64,000 nucleotides of DNA from Gammaproteobacteria bacterium. GTDB lineage: Bacteria > Pseudomonadota > Gammaproteobacteria > UBA4575. Both the position numbers and the translations under genes were made by a program. This document shows, piece after piece, positions 9,883 to 19,193 of this stretch. Every line of letters begins with the position of its first letter. The stretch's first letter is position 1. Location of the stretch: NCBI GenBank assembly GCA_965220875.1, contig OZ244849.1, positions 1,562,979 to 1,626,978 on the forward strand. Reading direction: 5' to 3'. The notes under the pieces were generated by a model that saw only the letters and a program-made list of their open reading frames with translations, had not been told where the DNA came from and did not search any database.

Positions 9883-10910
9883 TGACGGCTGCGCCTTGCC
9901 AGAATGAACATGAAAAAGGGTGCGCCGATCAGGGCGGTCAACAAACCGAGCGGAATTTCCGCTGGTGGAAGGAGACTGCGCGCCAGACCATCGAGCAGGG
10001 TCAGGAGAATGCCTCCCACCAAGGCCGAGGCCAGAATCAGCGGTGCATGGCGCGGTCCGAGCGTCCAGCGCACCAAGTGCGGCACGATCAAACCGACGAA
10101 GCCGATCGTGCCGCCCCAGGTGACTGCAAGCGCGACGAGGGCGGAGGCGAGTAAGGTCGCTATCACGACGAAGCGCTCGACAGGCAGGCCCATGTTGCGC
10201 GCCACGTCATCACCGAGGCCAAGGACATCGAGGCCGTGGGTAAGTCGACGCGCGAACACCAGCAAGAGCAGGCTCGCTAGAGCGATGTAGCCCAACTCGT
10301 GCCAGAAGGGAGTCTGGATGCCACCTAGCGTCCACGACAGCACGACCTGGAGGCTGATCGTCTCGTCGGCGAGCGCCAGCATCAGATAGCTGCGCAAGGC
10401 ACCGAGGAATGCTGCCATTGCGACGCCAGCCAAGAGCAGCCCGGCAGTGTCTTTCACCTGAGCGAGGCGAGCAAGCAGGAGGACGACAAGCGTTGCGCCG
10501 AAGGCGCCCAGAAACGACAGGACCGGCAGCAGCAGGAGCGGGGAGACCGTCTGGAAGAGCGAAAGCCCCGGGACCAGCAGCGCGAGGGTGGCGCCGAGCG
10601 CCGCGCCCGGCGCGGTGCCGATCAGGAAGGGATCGGCGAGCGGGTTGCGGAAAATGCCCTGGAAGATCGCCCCGGCTGCGCCGAGCAACCCGCCAACCAC
10701 AAAGGCGGTCAGCACACGCGGCAGCCGCCAGTCGAACAGCAGGCGGTCCAGAGGATGATCGCTCGCCCTCGCCGCCGGCCGGAGCAGGTCCAGCAACCGG
10801 CCGGGGCCGAGCAATTCCGGCCCGAGCATCATGGCAAACCCAATGGACAGGAGCACCGCGGCAATGAGAACTGCCAGCCAGCCGGTCGGGATGTCCAGGG
10901 TGCGCGTCAA
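9879..10910 (-). CDS. FecCD/BtuC-family ABC permease
   Basis: RLPR, QGIFRNPLADPFLIG, IGFVGLIVPH, GAPFF. Confidence 0.94.
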   Translation of the reverse strand: MTRTLDIPTGWLAVLIAAVLLSIGFAMMLGPELLGPGRLLDLLRPAARASDHPLDRLLFDWRLPRVLTAFVVGGLLGAAGAIFQGIFRNPLADPFLIGTAPGAALGATLALLVPGLSLFQTVSPLLLLPVLSFLGAFGATLVVLLLARLAQVKDTAGLLLAGVAMAAFLGALRSYLMLALADETISLQVVLSWTLGGIQTPFWHELGYIALASLLLLVFARRLTHGLDVLGLGDDVARNMGLPVERFVVIATLLASALVALAVTWGGTIGFVGLIVPHLVRWTLGPRHAPLILASALVGGILLTLLDGLARSLLPPAEIPLGLLTALIGAPFFMFILARRSRQ

Positions 10911-11842
10911 GTTCGGAGGGTCGCAACGAGATCGGGGTGTAGCGCGCGGGCGACGCTGTGCACGCCCTCGACGACGCGGGGTCCCGGGATCAGGACCTGG
11001 CCGCGTGGGATTGCATCGACCCGCCCAGCGGCGACCGCCGGGATGCTGTTCCAGTGGGGGCGCTCAAGAAGGGCGGCGACATCCGCCTCACTACCGGCGA
11101 CGAGGATGTGGTCGGGATCTGCTCGGAACACGGTTTCACCGCTCACCTGCGAGAGACTCGTGCGGTTGCCGAAGACGTTGAGTCCGCCGGCGTGGCGAAG
11201 GATGTTGTCGGTGTAGGTGCCGGGCCGGACCGAGTGGAAGCCGGCACGGCCGGCAGCGCCGGTCTCGAAGTAGACCCGCTTGGGCGGCCGCGACGCGAAA
11301 CGCTCGGCCAGTGCCGAGAGTTCGTCTTCGATCGTTTGGGTCAGCGCCTGCGCCTCCAGCTCGCTGCCGATCGCTCGCCCAACCAGAGCGATATTGGCCA
11401 GGATTCTCGCCAGCGTCGGATGATCGAGGACGAGCACCGGAACACCGGCCAGGTGCATCGGTCGCAACAACTGCGCGGCCGCGTGCCGCGAAGGTGTCAG
11501 GATGACGAGGTCGGTGCCGAGCCGAGCAATGATGTCCGGGCTGAAGCCGATGCGGTTGCCGATGCGCGGCCGGTCGAGGATCTCCGGCGGATAGCTTGTC
11601 AGGCCATCGATCGCGACGATACGCTCTGCGCCGCCAAGTGCAGCGACGATCTCGGTGTTGCTGGAGAACACCGGCACGATGCGGACCGGCCGGCGGGGGA
11701 TCCAGACGTGTCGGCCCAGCGCATCGGTAACCTCGCGTGGCCAGCCGTCATGCGACTCCGTCGCCACCGCGCAAGGCGACGTGACGGTTGCTGCGAGGGT
11801 CCCAGCCGTGGTCAGCAGGAAGCGGCGTCGAGTGAGATTCAT
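10907..11842 (-). CDS. Periplasmic binding protein, BtuF/FecB (helical backbone) family, Tat signal
   Basis: TRRRFL twin-arginine; VTDALGR, SNTEIVAALG, IPGPRVVEG. Confidence 0.9.
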   Translation of the reverse strand: MNLTRRRFLLTTAGTLAATVTSPCAVATESHDGWPREVTDALGRHVWIPRRPVRIVPVFSSNTEIVAALGGAERIVAIDGLTSYPPEILDRPRIGNRIGFSPDIIARLGTDLVILTPSRHAAAQLLRPMHLAGVPVLVLDHPTLARILANIALVGRAIGSELEAQALTQTIEDELSALAERFASRPPKRVYFETGAAGRAGFHSVRPGTYTDNILRHAGGLNVFGNRTSLSQVSGETVFRADPDHILVAGSEADVAALLERPHWNSIPAVAAGRVDAIPRGQVLIPGPRVVEGVHSVARALHPDLVATLRT

Positions 11843-11849
11843 CAGGACA

Positions 11850-14057
11850 TCAGAAACTGACCCTCATGCCGACGGAGAAGTGGCGGCCGCGCATCGAATT
11901 GCCTCGGCCACCGTTGGACCTAGTAGGTTGGGAGATGTAGGGTTGCTCGTCGATTGCGATGAAGATCGGATGCTCGTTCTTGTCGAACAAATTGTCGACC
12001 CCCCCGAACACGGTGACCCAGTCCGCCACATCGTAGTGGCCACGCAGATTGAAGACCCAGTAGTCATCCTTGCGGTGCACGTAGTTGGTCGCCAGCACGC
12101 CCCCGTACCTGCTTTCCACTGACAGATGTTCTTCAGTGTCGTAGTACATCGGCCCGTACAGCAAGCCGATCAGACTGGCGCCCCAACGATCGCGCCACTC
12201 ATAGCCGAGCCGCAAGGCAGCTTGGTATTCGTTCAAGCGCTGCACCTTGTCAGCATGGGTGCCGCTGTCCCGGCGGTCAATGCCGTCGGCCCGCATCTTG
12301 AAGTTCCAAGTACTGTCAACGCCGAGAGTGAGACGTTGGTCCTCCAGGCCAAGCCAGGGAGCGGCGTCGAATTCGGCCTGAACCTCGATGCCCTTGACTC
12401 GCGCATCACCGTCAGCGTTGACGAACTCCAAAATGTCGTCATTACGGCCAGGGCCGCGGGCATCAATCACCATGGTGTTGATCCGATCCTTGATCTTCTG
12501 ATCGAAGATGGCGGCGTCGAAGAAGAGGTTGCCGGGCGCATAGGTGAGGCCGATTTCGAATTGCTCGCTCTCCTCAGCATTGAGGCTGCTGTTACCTCGG
12601 AAAATTCTATCTGGCGTCAGCACCGGTGAGTACTCGCCCGCCAACTCTCGGCCCGTTGGCGAACGGAAGCCCGTGGCATAGCTTGCCCGGAGCTTGACGC
12701 CGGGCCGCACCGTGTAGGCAAGGCCGACGCCGTAGGTCGTATCATCAAAGGTGCGGTCAGTATCACCCGCCAGGGTGACGTTCGGCGTGTTCTGTAGGCT
12801 GATCTCGTTGCGCGTATATCGCAAGCCTGCCCGTGCGGTGAGCTGGCCATCGAAGAGGGACTGGGTGAGCTCGGCATAGCCTGCAGTCAACTCGTTGTCC
12901 TCGTTGTTGTCGTACGGGCTCGTCTGTGGGGTCGGTCCGCGTCCGCTGTCTAAGTAGACTCGGTGGCGCGTGCTGCGCAACTTGGATGTCTCACCATCGA
13001 AACCCAGAAGCAGGTCCGTGGTTTCGCTCAGCTTGAATTTCGGAGTCAACCGCACCCCGTATGCCGTGAGTTTCCGGCGATTGTTATCCTCATCGAACCC
13101 TGAGGCTTCGGAGCCCCAGTGGAAGGAGTCGACGTCACGGAAGGCGTAAAAGTGGGCGTTCATGTCGATGCCTAAGTCGTCCAGTACACCGGCGTAGGTC
13201 AGGTCGACAGAGTTGTTCCAGCGGTCGCCTTCGTTGTCGTAGTCCCAGGAGGAGCCGCGAAACCCGACGTCATACACACCGTCAGTGCGTAAGGTGAGAT
13301 TCCACTGGTGGCCCGGCCCGGGGTTCCAGCTAAGGGAGGCAAGTGCGCCGCGCCGTTTCGACTCGGTATTGACCTGTTTCGAGCTACCCGAGCCGCCGTC
13401 GTAGTCGTCGGTGGTCATGCCGCTGGCCCCGATGTAGCCAGCGAGATGGTCGGAAATGTCGCCGCCATACTCTCCTGTCAACCGGCCAAAGCCGTAGGTG
13501 CCGCCTTCGATCAAGGCCGTGCCGCCTGCGACGCTCTGGCTGTCGCGTGTGATCAGGTTGATGACACCGCCCATCGCCTGGTTACCGAATGCAACCGAGG
13601 CGGGACCGCGAATAATCTCGATACGCTCAAGCTGGTCCGGCGAGAGCTTGGACAGGTTCGCCGTGCCGGCCCGGCGACCGTTCAGCAGCACCAGCACTTG
13701 GCCCCGGAAATCGCGGCCCTGGCCGTCGCTGCGTGCGCCCCGCATGGTGATCGAAGTTTGGCCCGGGGTCCACTCACTGAAAAAAGCGACGGCGCGTTCA
13801 CGCAGCAGATCAGTAACCGAGTGATCGCGTGATTCACGCACTTGCTCTGCGTCGATCACCTGAACTGTGCTGGCAATCTTGCTGAGCGGCTCAGGGAGGC
13901 CAACTCCGGTGACGACGATTTCGTCGAGGGTGATGAATGGACTGTCGGTTGCCGGTGATTCCGCCCAAGCGGACATCGGGTTCATCAGTGCTGCCATCAG
14001 TAAGGCGACCGGCACGACGGACAACTTGTCGCGACATGTACCGTAAATCGTTTTCAT
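11850..14057 (-). CDS. TonB-dependent receptor (metal-chelate/corrinoid type)
   Basis: TonB box LDEIVVTG, IEIIRGPAS plug motif, NLFDK, C-terminal GMRVSF. Confidence 0.93.
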   Translation of the reverse strand: MKTIYGTCRDKLSVVPVALLMAALMNPMSAWAESPATDSPFITLDEIVVTGVGLPEPLSKIASTVQVIDAEQVRESRDHSVTDLLRERAVAFFSEWTPGQTSITMRGARSDGQGRDFRGQVLVLLNGRRAGTANLSKLSPDQLERIEIIRGPASVAFGNQAMGGVINLITRDSQSVAGGTALIEGGTYGFGRLTGEYGGDISDHLAGYIGASGMTTDDYDGGSGSSKQVNTESKRRGALASLSWNPGPGHQWNLTLRTDGVYDVGFRGSSWDYDNEGDRWNNSVDLTYAGVLDDLGIDMNAHFYAFRDVDSFHWGSEASGFDEDNNRRKLTAYGVRLTPKFKLSETTDLLLGFDGETSKLRSTRHRVYLDSGRGPTPQTSPYDNNEDNELTAGYAELTQSLFDGQLTARAGLRYTRNEISLQNTPNVTLAGDTDRTFDDTTYGVGLAYTVRPGVKLRASYATGFRSPTGRELAGEYSPVLTPDRIFRGNSSLNAEESEQFEIGLTYAPGNLFFDAAIFDQKIKDRINTMVIDARGPGRNDDILEFVNADGDARVKGIEVQAEFDAAPWLGLEDQRLTLGVDSTWNFKMRADGIDRRDSGTHADKVQRLNEYQAALRLGYEWRDRWGASLIGLLYGPMYYDTEEHLSVESRYGGVLATNYVHRKDDYWVFNLRGHYDVADWVTVFGGVDNLFDKNEHPIFIAIDEQPYISQPTRSNGGRGNSMRGRHFSVGMRVSF

Positions 14058-14813
14058 GCTGTTTTCCTAATTGTTGAAATTCTGCTGTTACTGCTCAGGA
14101 AGCCGCTCCATGGCGCTGCCACTGAAGCCATCCCGGTCCGGCTGTGGTGAGCGACGGGTTCTCTCTTGTCCCGGCGACACGGCAAGACCGACGACGGGCC
14201 CGGATGACGTCACGGCAGGTGTTTCAAGGCGAACACACGCAACGTGGGAACCCCCTGCGAGCCAACACTGCACGCTACTCTACGCTATAGAGCCTTTGGG
14301 GGGCTATACGTAAAAATTACCAATCACTTAATTTCTATTGGTGTCCCCTATGTAGCATGGAATACCAGCATTACAGGAAAACACCGAGAAACAACAATGA
14401 AGGAGAAAGCTGTGTACGACAGACATAAGGAGCAAAGCGGGCATAGTTTAACGGTAAAACGTTTAGGCGCCCACCTTAAAGAGTGTCGGTTCGAATCCGA
14501 TTGTCCGCTCTTACTCCAGTTCTTGGTTTTCTTTTATATTTTTCCGATTCGTAACTTTTCCTGCTGCAAAAATTGCTGTCACTACTCGCCATACGCACAC
14601 TAAAAGACATGTCGGTATCGCAAGTATCCATAAATCATCGCTTTGTGTTTTGGCAGGAAAATGTGCACCTTACCAGAAGCTTTAGTAACTGCTAGTATCA
14701 TCTGCTTTGACAATGGAATGAGAAGGAGCTAAGGAGATGAAATTCAAATTAATACAATGTCAATTGATTCTGGCATTTCTCATGTTCCAGAAGTAATCAT
14801 TTCCAGCAGGTAG

Positions 14814-15116
14814 ATGAATGTTTTTTTTACATGGGTTGTAGAGCAGGCTGCGTGGCTTATTGCAGGAGCAGCAGTTTCTGCAGCTATGTGCTTTCTTTAC
14901 TTTAGGAAGCACAAAAAACAGATGCGAAAAGATATTGATCAATCAAGGTCCTTTCAAAATCGAAGTCACTCACAGTCCCGTTCTAGAAGCCCAGAGGAAA
15001 TTCAGCTTGCAATTAAAAAAATGGAAAAAAGAAATGAAATTTGGGATGAAATGTCCCTAATTATATTTTTATTAGGATTGGTTGCCATGGGGATTGTCGT
15101 ATTGATTGTAAATTAG
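14814..15116 (+). CDS. Small hypothetical membrane protein
   Basis: 100 aa ORF with N- and C-terminal hydrophobic helices in an AT-rich patch. Confidence 0.55.
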   Translation: MNVFFTWVVEQAAWLIAGAAVSAAMCFLYFRKHKKQMRKDIDQSRSFQNRSHSQSRSRSPEEIQLAIKKMEKRNEIWDEMSLIIFLLGLVAMGIVVLIVN

Positions 15117-15402
15117 CGGTCCTTAATCCCTAGGGGGAGGGCCAGATAAAACCTCTAGAGCTTGACGTCCAAATTCAGGTTTTTTTTAGGAATTAACATG
15201 ACTACCAGGGTCTGTTCAGTACAAAGGATACCTAGAGTCTAAAACTCCAGGATTAACTGCGGAAATCGGGATGTACATGGGTACCCATGTCAAAGGCAGG
15301 GATCAAAACAATTAGCAGGGGAACCATAACCAGTCAACTCGATGGTTGTATTTAAAGAATCTTCTTTCGGTTGCCGTGCTGTCACTTGGGCAGCAAGCAG
15401 AC

Positions 15403-15507
15403 TTCGGCCACCCAAAGATGACCATGGCGCTCCTCGACCCGCTTACCCACCATTGCGAGATCATCGAGACCGGCAACGAGATCTGGTGCTTCAAGAACCG
15501 ATCCTGA
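15403..15507 (+). pseudogene. istB: IS21-family helper ATPase (IstB) 3' remnant
   Basis: Translates FGHPKMTMALLDPLTHHCEIIETGNEIWCFKNRS*, a decayed version of the IstB C-terminus (K-MT-ALLDRLTHHC-I-ETGN-SWRF). Confidence 0.85.
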
Positions 15508-15590
15508 CCCGGCGCCGGCACCCGAGACTGCAAGTAGCGAGCCGGAAGAGGTGCCCACCCCCGCACGCAGGCAATTCAGGCGTTTGTTCA

Positions 15591-16631
15591 TCATCCTATC
15601 CTCCAAACTGTCACGCCGCCCCGGGCATCGAGCGCGGCAAGTGCGCGCCCGTCTGGCCGCCAGTACAATTCTGCCACTACGCCCGCCACAAACGCGGCCC
15701 CGATCGGACCGCCTTCTCCGTCTCCCTGAAGCGACCACACAACCACGGCACCGTCGCGGCCTCCCGAGGCCAAGCGCATCGCGCGGTGAGCGAAGGCGAG
15801 TTTCGTGACGGGTTGAACATGAAGCTCTAAAACGCCGGGTAGCGTTCCTTCAGGACCACCTCCCTGGAAGCTCCAGACCGTCACCACGTTGCCTCCGCCG
15901 GTGGCCAAGAGGGTGCCAGTGGCATCGAAGGCCAAGGCCGACGGTTTACCAGGATAACCGGACATCATGGAGTCCTGCTCCGTGGAGCGACGCCAGAAGT
16001 GCACCGAGTTGTCTTGGCTGCCACAGGCCACGATATCCCCGTCCGGGCTCAGTACCATCGACACCAAGGAGCCCTTCCACTCCAGCTTCTGGCGAAGCTC
16101 CCCAGTGGACGCGTCGAAGAACGTCACTCGACCGTAACAGGCGGTCGCAAGCTCCCCTGCACCGGACCAGGCGATCGCGCTGACGGTGCTGGGATGATCA
16201 TCAGACCGCCAGACTTCTTGGCCGTGTGCACCATACGTGCGAACCTGCCGGGAGCAGGAGGCCGCCAGCCGTTGGCCGTCCGGCGACCACGCCACGTTCT
16301 CTACCCAACCGCTGTCGACATCGATAGCCTGTCGTTGCTGACCTTCGGCGATATCCCAGATAAGGACTCGTCCGTCCTGGCCAGCGGTAGCAAACATGGT
16401 ACCGCTTGGATGGATCGCCATCGCGAGCACGCCGCCATCATGAGCCTCCTGTCGTGCCCAGGCGCTTGCCCCGGACTTGCCGTCGAACGCGTAGACAGCA
16501 CCCGCGGTATCGCCAACAATCAGCGCATCACCGCCTCGTGTCCAACCCCCGGCGATGGCGTAGTCGCCGACCGCCGCAGACCAGCCCCGGCGGAGCACCC
16601 CCTGCGGTTTGTCGGTACTCACATCAGACAT
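15591..16631 (-). CDS. WD40-repeat beta-propeller protein
   Basis: Repeated ATAGQDGRVLIWD, ACGSQDNSVHFW, ASGGRDGAVVVW; overlaps the cobW-type stop. Confidence 0.92.
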   Translation of the reverse strand: MSDVSTDKPQGVLRRGWSAAVGDYAIAGGWTRGGDALIVGDTAGAVYAFDGKSGASAWARQEAHDGGVLAMAIHPSGTMFATAGQDGRVLIWDIAEGQQRQAIDVDSGWVENVAWSPDGQRLAASCSRQVRTYGAHGQEVWRSDDHPSTVSAIAWSGAGELATACYGRVTFFDASTGELRQKLEWKGSLVSMVLSPDGDIVACGSQDNSVHFWRRSTEQDSMMSGYPGKPSALAFDATGTLLATGGGNVVTVWSFQGGGPEGTLPGVLELHVQPVTKLAFAHRAMRLASGGRDGAVVVWSLQGDGEGGPIGAAFVAGVVAELYWRPDGRALAALDARGGVTVWRIG

Positions 16632-17965
16632 GCCTCGAACCCGTGCCGCATGCTCTCCTCATCGAGGTTGCGACCGATGAAGATGAGCTGATTGCGCCGC
16701 GGCGAGTCTCCCCATGGACGATCCGGTTGGCCGTCAAAGAGCATGTGAACCCCCTGGAAGACGAAGCGGTGCGACTCACCCGCGAGGCTGATGAAGCCCT
16801 TCATTCGGAAGATGTCCACCCCGCGCTCACGGAGCAGCTCGCCAAGCCAGGCGTTGAGCCTTTCTTGATCGACGTCGCCGTCCCTCTCGATGGCGATCGA
16901 GCCCACCTCGTCGTCATGCTCGTGTTGTGCGACCCAGGTGCGCTCGACCTCCTGCCTGATTGCCGCTCCTTGCGCGTTTGTCAGTCGGAGATCGAACTCT
17001 TCCGCGGTGTGCTGGGCGTAGAGGCCAAGCCGCACCCGTGTATCGACCTCCAAGAAGAACGATTTGCGCCCGGGGGAATCGAGCAGGAGGTTCACATGCT
17101 TTCCGACAGGAATCACTTTCCCCGGATGAATGGGTTCCGCAGGTTCAGCGTACCGCCGCACACACCACTCCGCACCCTCGCGTAGAGTAGCGTCATCCGT
17201 GCCCTGGTCGGACACGACGACAAGCGACATCGCCGGGTCAGGCCCATCGGCAAGGCTGAGTTCGTAGTGGCCGATTTCAAGCGAATAGACTCCAGTCCAT
17301 TCGAACGGATATTCGGGCTCGAGGAAGGTGGGGCGACGCTTGAGCACCTGGTCCAGGTCGAAGGCACCGAGGTTGAGTACCGTGTCGACGGAGACGTTCG
17401 CCCGTTCGCAGCGCACGACTCGCGCCATTCGGTTCATGTCTCGAAGCCGAGCTTCGAGCGTGTCGAGCGCTTCGCCGTCGACGAGGTCCGTCTTGTTGAG
17501 CACGAGGACGTCTGCGAACGCAATTTGCTCGGTGCTTTCGTCACTTCGCCCGAGCTGCTGTTCTATGTGGGCTGCATCGACGAGCGTGACGATTCCGTCA
17601 AGCGAGAACTCCGCGCGGATCTCGTCGTCCATGAAGAAGGTCTGAGCGACCGGGCCGGGGTCGGCGAGCCCTGTGGTTTCCACCAGCACATAGTCGAACT
17701 TGTCGCGGCGCTTCATGAGATTGCCGAGCACCCGAATCAGGTCTCCGCGGACCGTGCAGCAGATGCAGCCGTTCGACATCTCGAAGATCTCTTCGTCAGC
17801 GTCGATGACGAGCGCCTGATCGATGCCGACCTCCCCGTACTCGTTCTCGATCACGGCGATGCGCTTACCATGCTCCTCACTCAAGATCCGGTTGAGCAGG
17901 GTCGTCTTGCCAGAGCCGAGGAAGCCCGTGAGAATGGAAACAGGTACTTTAGCCGGTGCGTTCAT
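16619..17965 (-). CDS. COG0523/CobW-family G3E GTPase metallochaperone
   Basis: TGFLGSGKTT, NEYGE, NGCICCTVRGDL (CxCC), ETTGLADP, NKTD, CobW_C RMKG...FQGVH...FIGR. Confidence 0.95.
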   Translation of the reverse strand: MNAPAKVPVSILTGFLGSGKTTLLNRILSEEHGKRIAVIENEYGEVGIDQALVIDADEEIFEMSNGCICCTVRGDLIRVLGNLMKRRDKFDYVLVETTGLADPGPVAQTFFMDDEIRAEFSLDGIVTLVDAAHIEQQLGRSDESTEQIAFADVLVLNKTDLVDGEALDTLEARLRDMNRMARVVRCERANVSVDTVLNLGAFDLDQVLKRRPTFLEPEYPFEWTGVYSLEIGHYELSLADGPDPAMSLVVVSDQGTDDATLREGAEWCVRRYAEPAEPIHPGKVIPVGKHVNLLLDSPGRKSFFLEVDTRVRLGLYAQHTAEEFDLRLTNAQGAAIRQEVERTWVAQHEHDDEVGSIAIERDGDVDQERLNAWLGELLRERGVDIFRMKGFISLAGESHRFVFQGVHMLFDGQPDRPWGDSPRRNQLIFIGRNLDEESMRHGFEACLM

Positions 17966-18273
17966 TCAGTCCTCCTTGAGCAAAGCTCGTAAATTGGAGT
18001 TTTGACGTCGAACCCCCACGCCATGCAAATCTGGACTAGGTCTTCGGCGTCAATCGCGTCCGTGGGTTTGTGAAGTTTGTATTGCAGCACTGGGGCATCA
18101 GGCTGAAGCAGCGCGACCACAGTCTCGATAGGCGCACAGCCCTCTTCGAGGCATGCCAGCTCGGTGACCTTGACGGTCGTGCCATCGGGAAGGCTCAGCG
18201 TTGCGCGCAATGCCTCTTTGATTTGTCGAACCCGTTCGAGATTCGGGCGACGTGGCGATGTATTGATCAACAT
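17962..18273 (-). CDS. Small conserved-looking protein with CxxxxC motif
   Basis: AGGGAG RBS before MLINTS; VTELACLEEGCAPIETVVALL; ATGA overlap with the COG0523 start. Confidence 0.7.
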   Translation of the reverse strand: MLINTSPRRPNLERVRQIKEALRATLSLPDGTTVKVTELACLEEGCAPIETVVALLQPDAPVLQYKLHKPTDAIDAEDLVQICMAWGFDVKTPIYELCSRRTE

Positions 18274-18565
18274 GTTTTCTTTTCTCCCTGGGACACGGCG
18301 AGACCAAAGCTGGGCCGGATGGCCTCTCGTTCCGCTCATCCTGCCTCCTGCGTGTTGAGTGAGTCCTTGACCGTCGGCGATGCCCCGGGATTCGACTGCC
18401 TGTCGGCGCTCCGTGTGAAACTTGCTCAAGACGGTGTTCGCCTTGGCAAGGGCTTTGACCGCCTCGGCGTAGGCCTCCAGCCGCTCGCCCGGAAAGCCCC
18501 GCTCAAAGCTGCGTTGAATTCCTGCGGCCATGCCGCTTTCCACGGGACCCAGCACTTGTGACCAA

Positions 18566-18588
18566 GTAATGCTATGTTATAACATCTT
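18566..18588. promoter_or_regulatory. Putative Zur box
   Basis: GTAATGCTATG-T-TATAACATCTT matches the proteobacterial Zur consensus GAAATGTTATA-N-TATAACATTTC at 17 of 22 positions; lies upstream of the COG0523/WD40 operon. Confidence 0.75.
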
Positions 18589-18896
18589 ATTCACGAAACA
18601 CAATAAGAGAACAGGCCGATGACGCGCCCGTCGACCCAGCCTCGGCCCTGCACCGACTCCAGCTGCCGCGGGAAGCATGGGCCAGCCGAACGGGTTGCCT
18701 TGCAATGTCCCGTGCGGCGCTGCTCGGCGTACAGCTGACGACGCTCAGGCTGCAAATTCTGGACCTGCTGTCGGAGAGTGGTCACAGCCTGTCCCGCTGC
18801 CAGCTACATGTCCGGGATTTGAGCGATAACGCGACTGAAATCGCCCGACAGCACCAAAGTTCAACGAATCCCTATTACGCTTATATATGCGTAAAA

Positions 18897-18935
18897 ACAC
18901 CTGTATAAAACGTATCTATACGTATATACAGGTGT
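18897..18935. repeat. Nested inverted repeat (possible operator)
   Basis: ACACCTGTATA...TATACAGGTGT perfect 11-bp arms enclosing ACGTAT-CT-ATACGT. Confidence 0.6.
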
Positions 18936-19193
18936 ATATCAATAGTGCAATAATATTCATAAAGTTAAGTCAATGGCTGCGCCTTACTTGAAATAAACAT
19001 TCATTGCTATATCCGCGCTCAAAGCGGGTTTTGGACCTTCAGCGAGAATGGGGACGATGGAAGTGTTGGCACTTTTTTCCAAGGAGTGAGCACAGCAGTC
19101 GAATGAACGCATCCCGAACAGGTGCATTTGTCGAGTCAGGAACGTCCAATATGGTGTAGCTGGAGAATTAGACCTGAATAGGAGTATCTAGCT

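Noticed and set aside
14058-14340. Cobalamin riboswitch upstream of the BtuB-like receptor
   Set aside because: Only an ACCTGCC fragment is on the sense strand; GCCACTG is on the wrong strand and the GGGAA/B12-box core is not visible
15275-15290. Perfect 16-bp palindrome ACATGGGTACCCATGT
   Set aside because: Isolated, seen only once, and not positioned at an intact gene start
18274-18555. N-terminal extension making a 197-aa protein
   Set aside because: A better RBS precedes the ATG at 18273 and the family-like sequence starts there; the upstream part may be leader or gene debris
18591-18830. Possible remnant of a transposon accessory coiled-coil gene (TLRQQVQNLQPERRQLY)
   Set aside because: Too short and degenerate to assign without a search
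18916-18931. LexA SOS box (CTAT-N8-ACAG)
   Set aside because: Mismatch at an essential G of CTGT and no SOS-type gene adjacent
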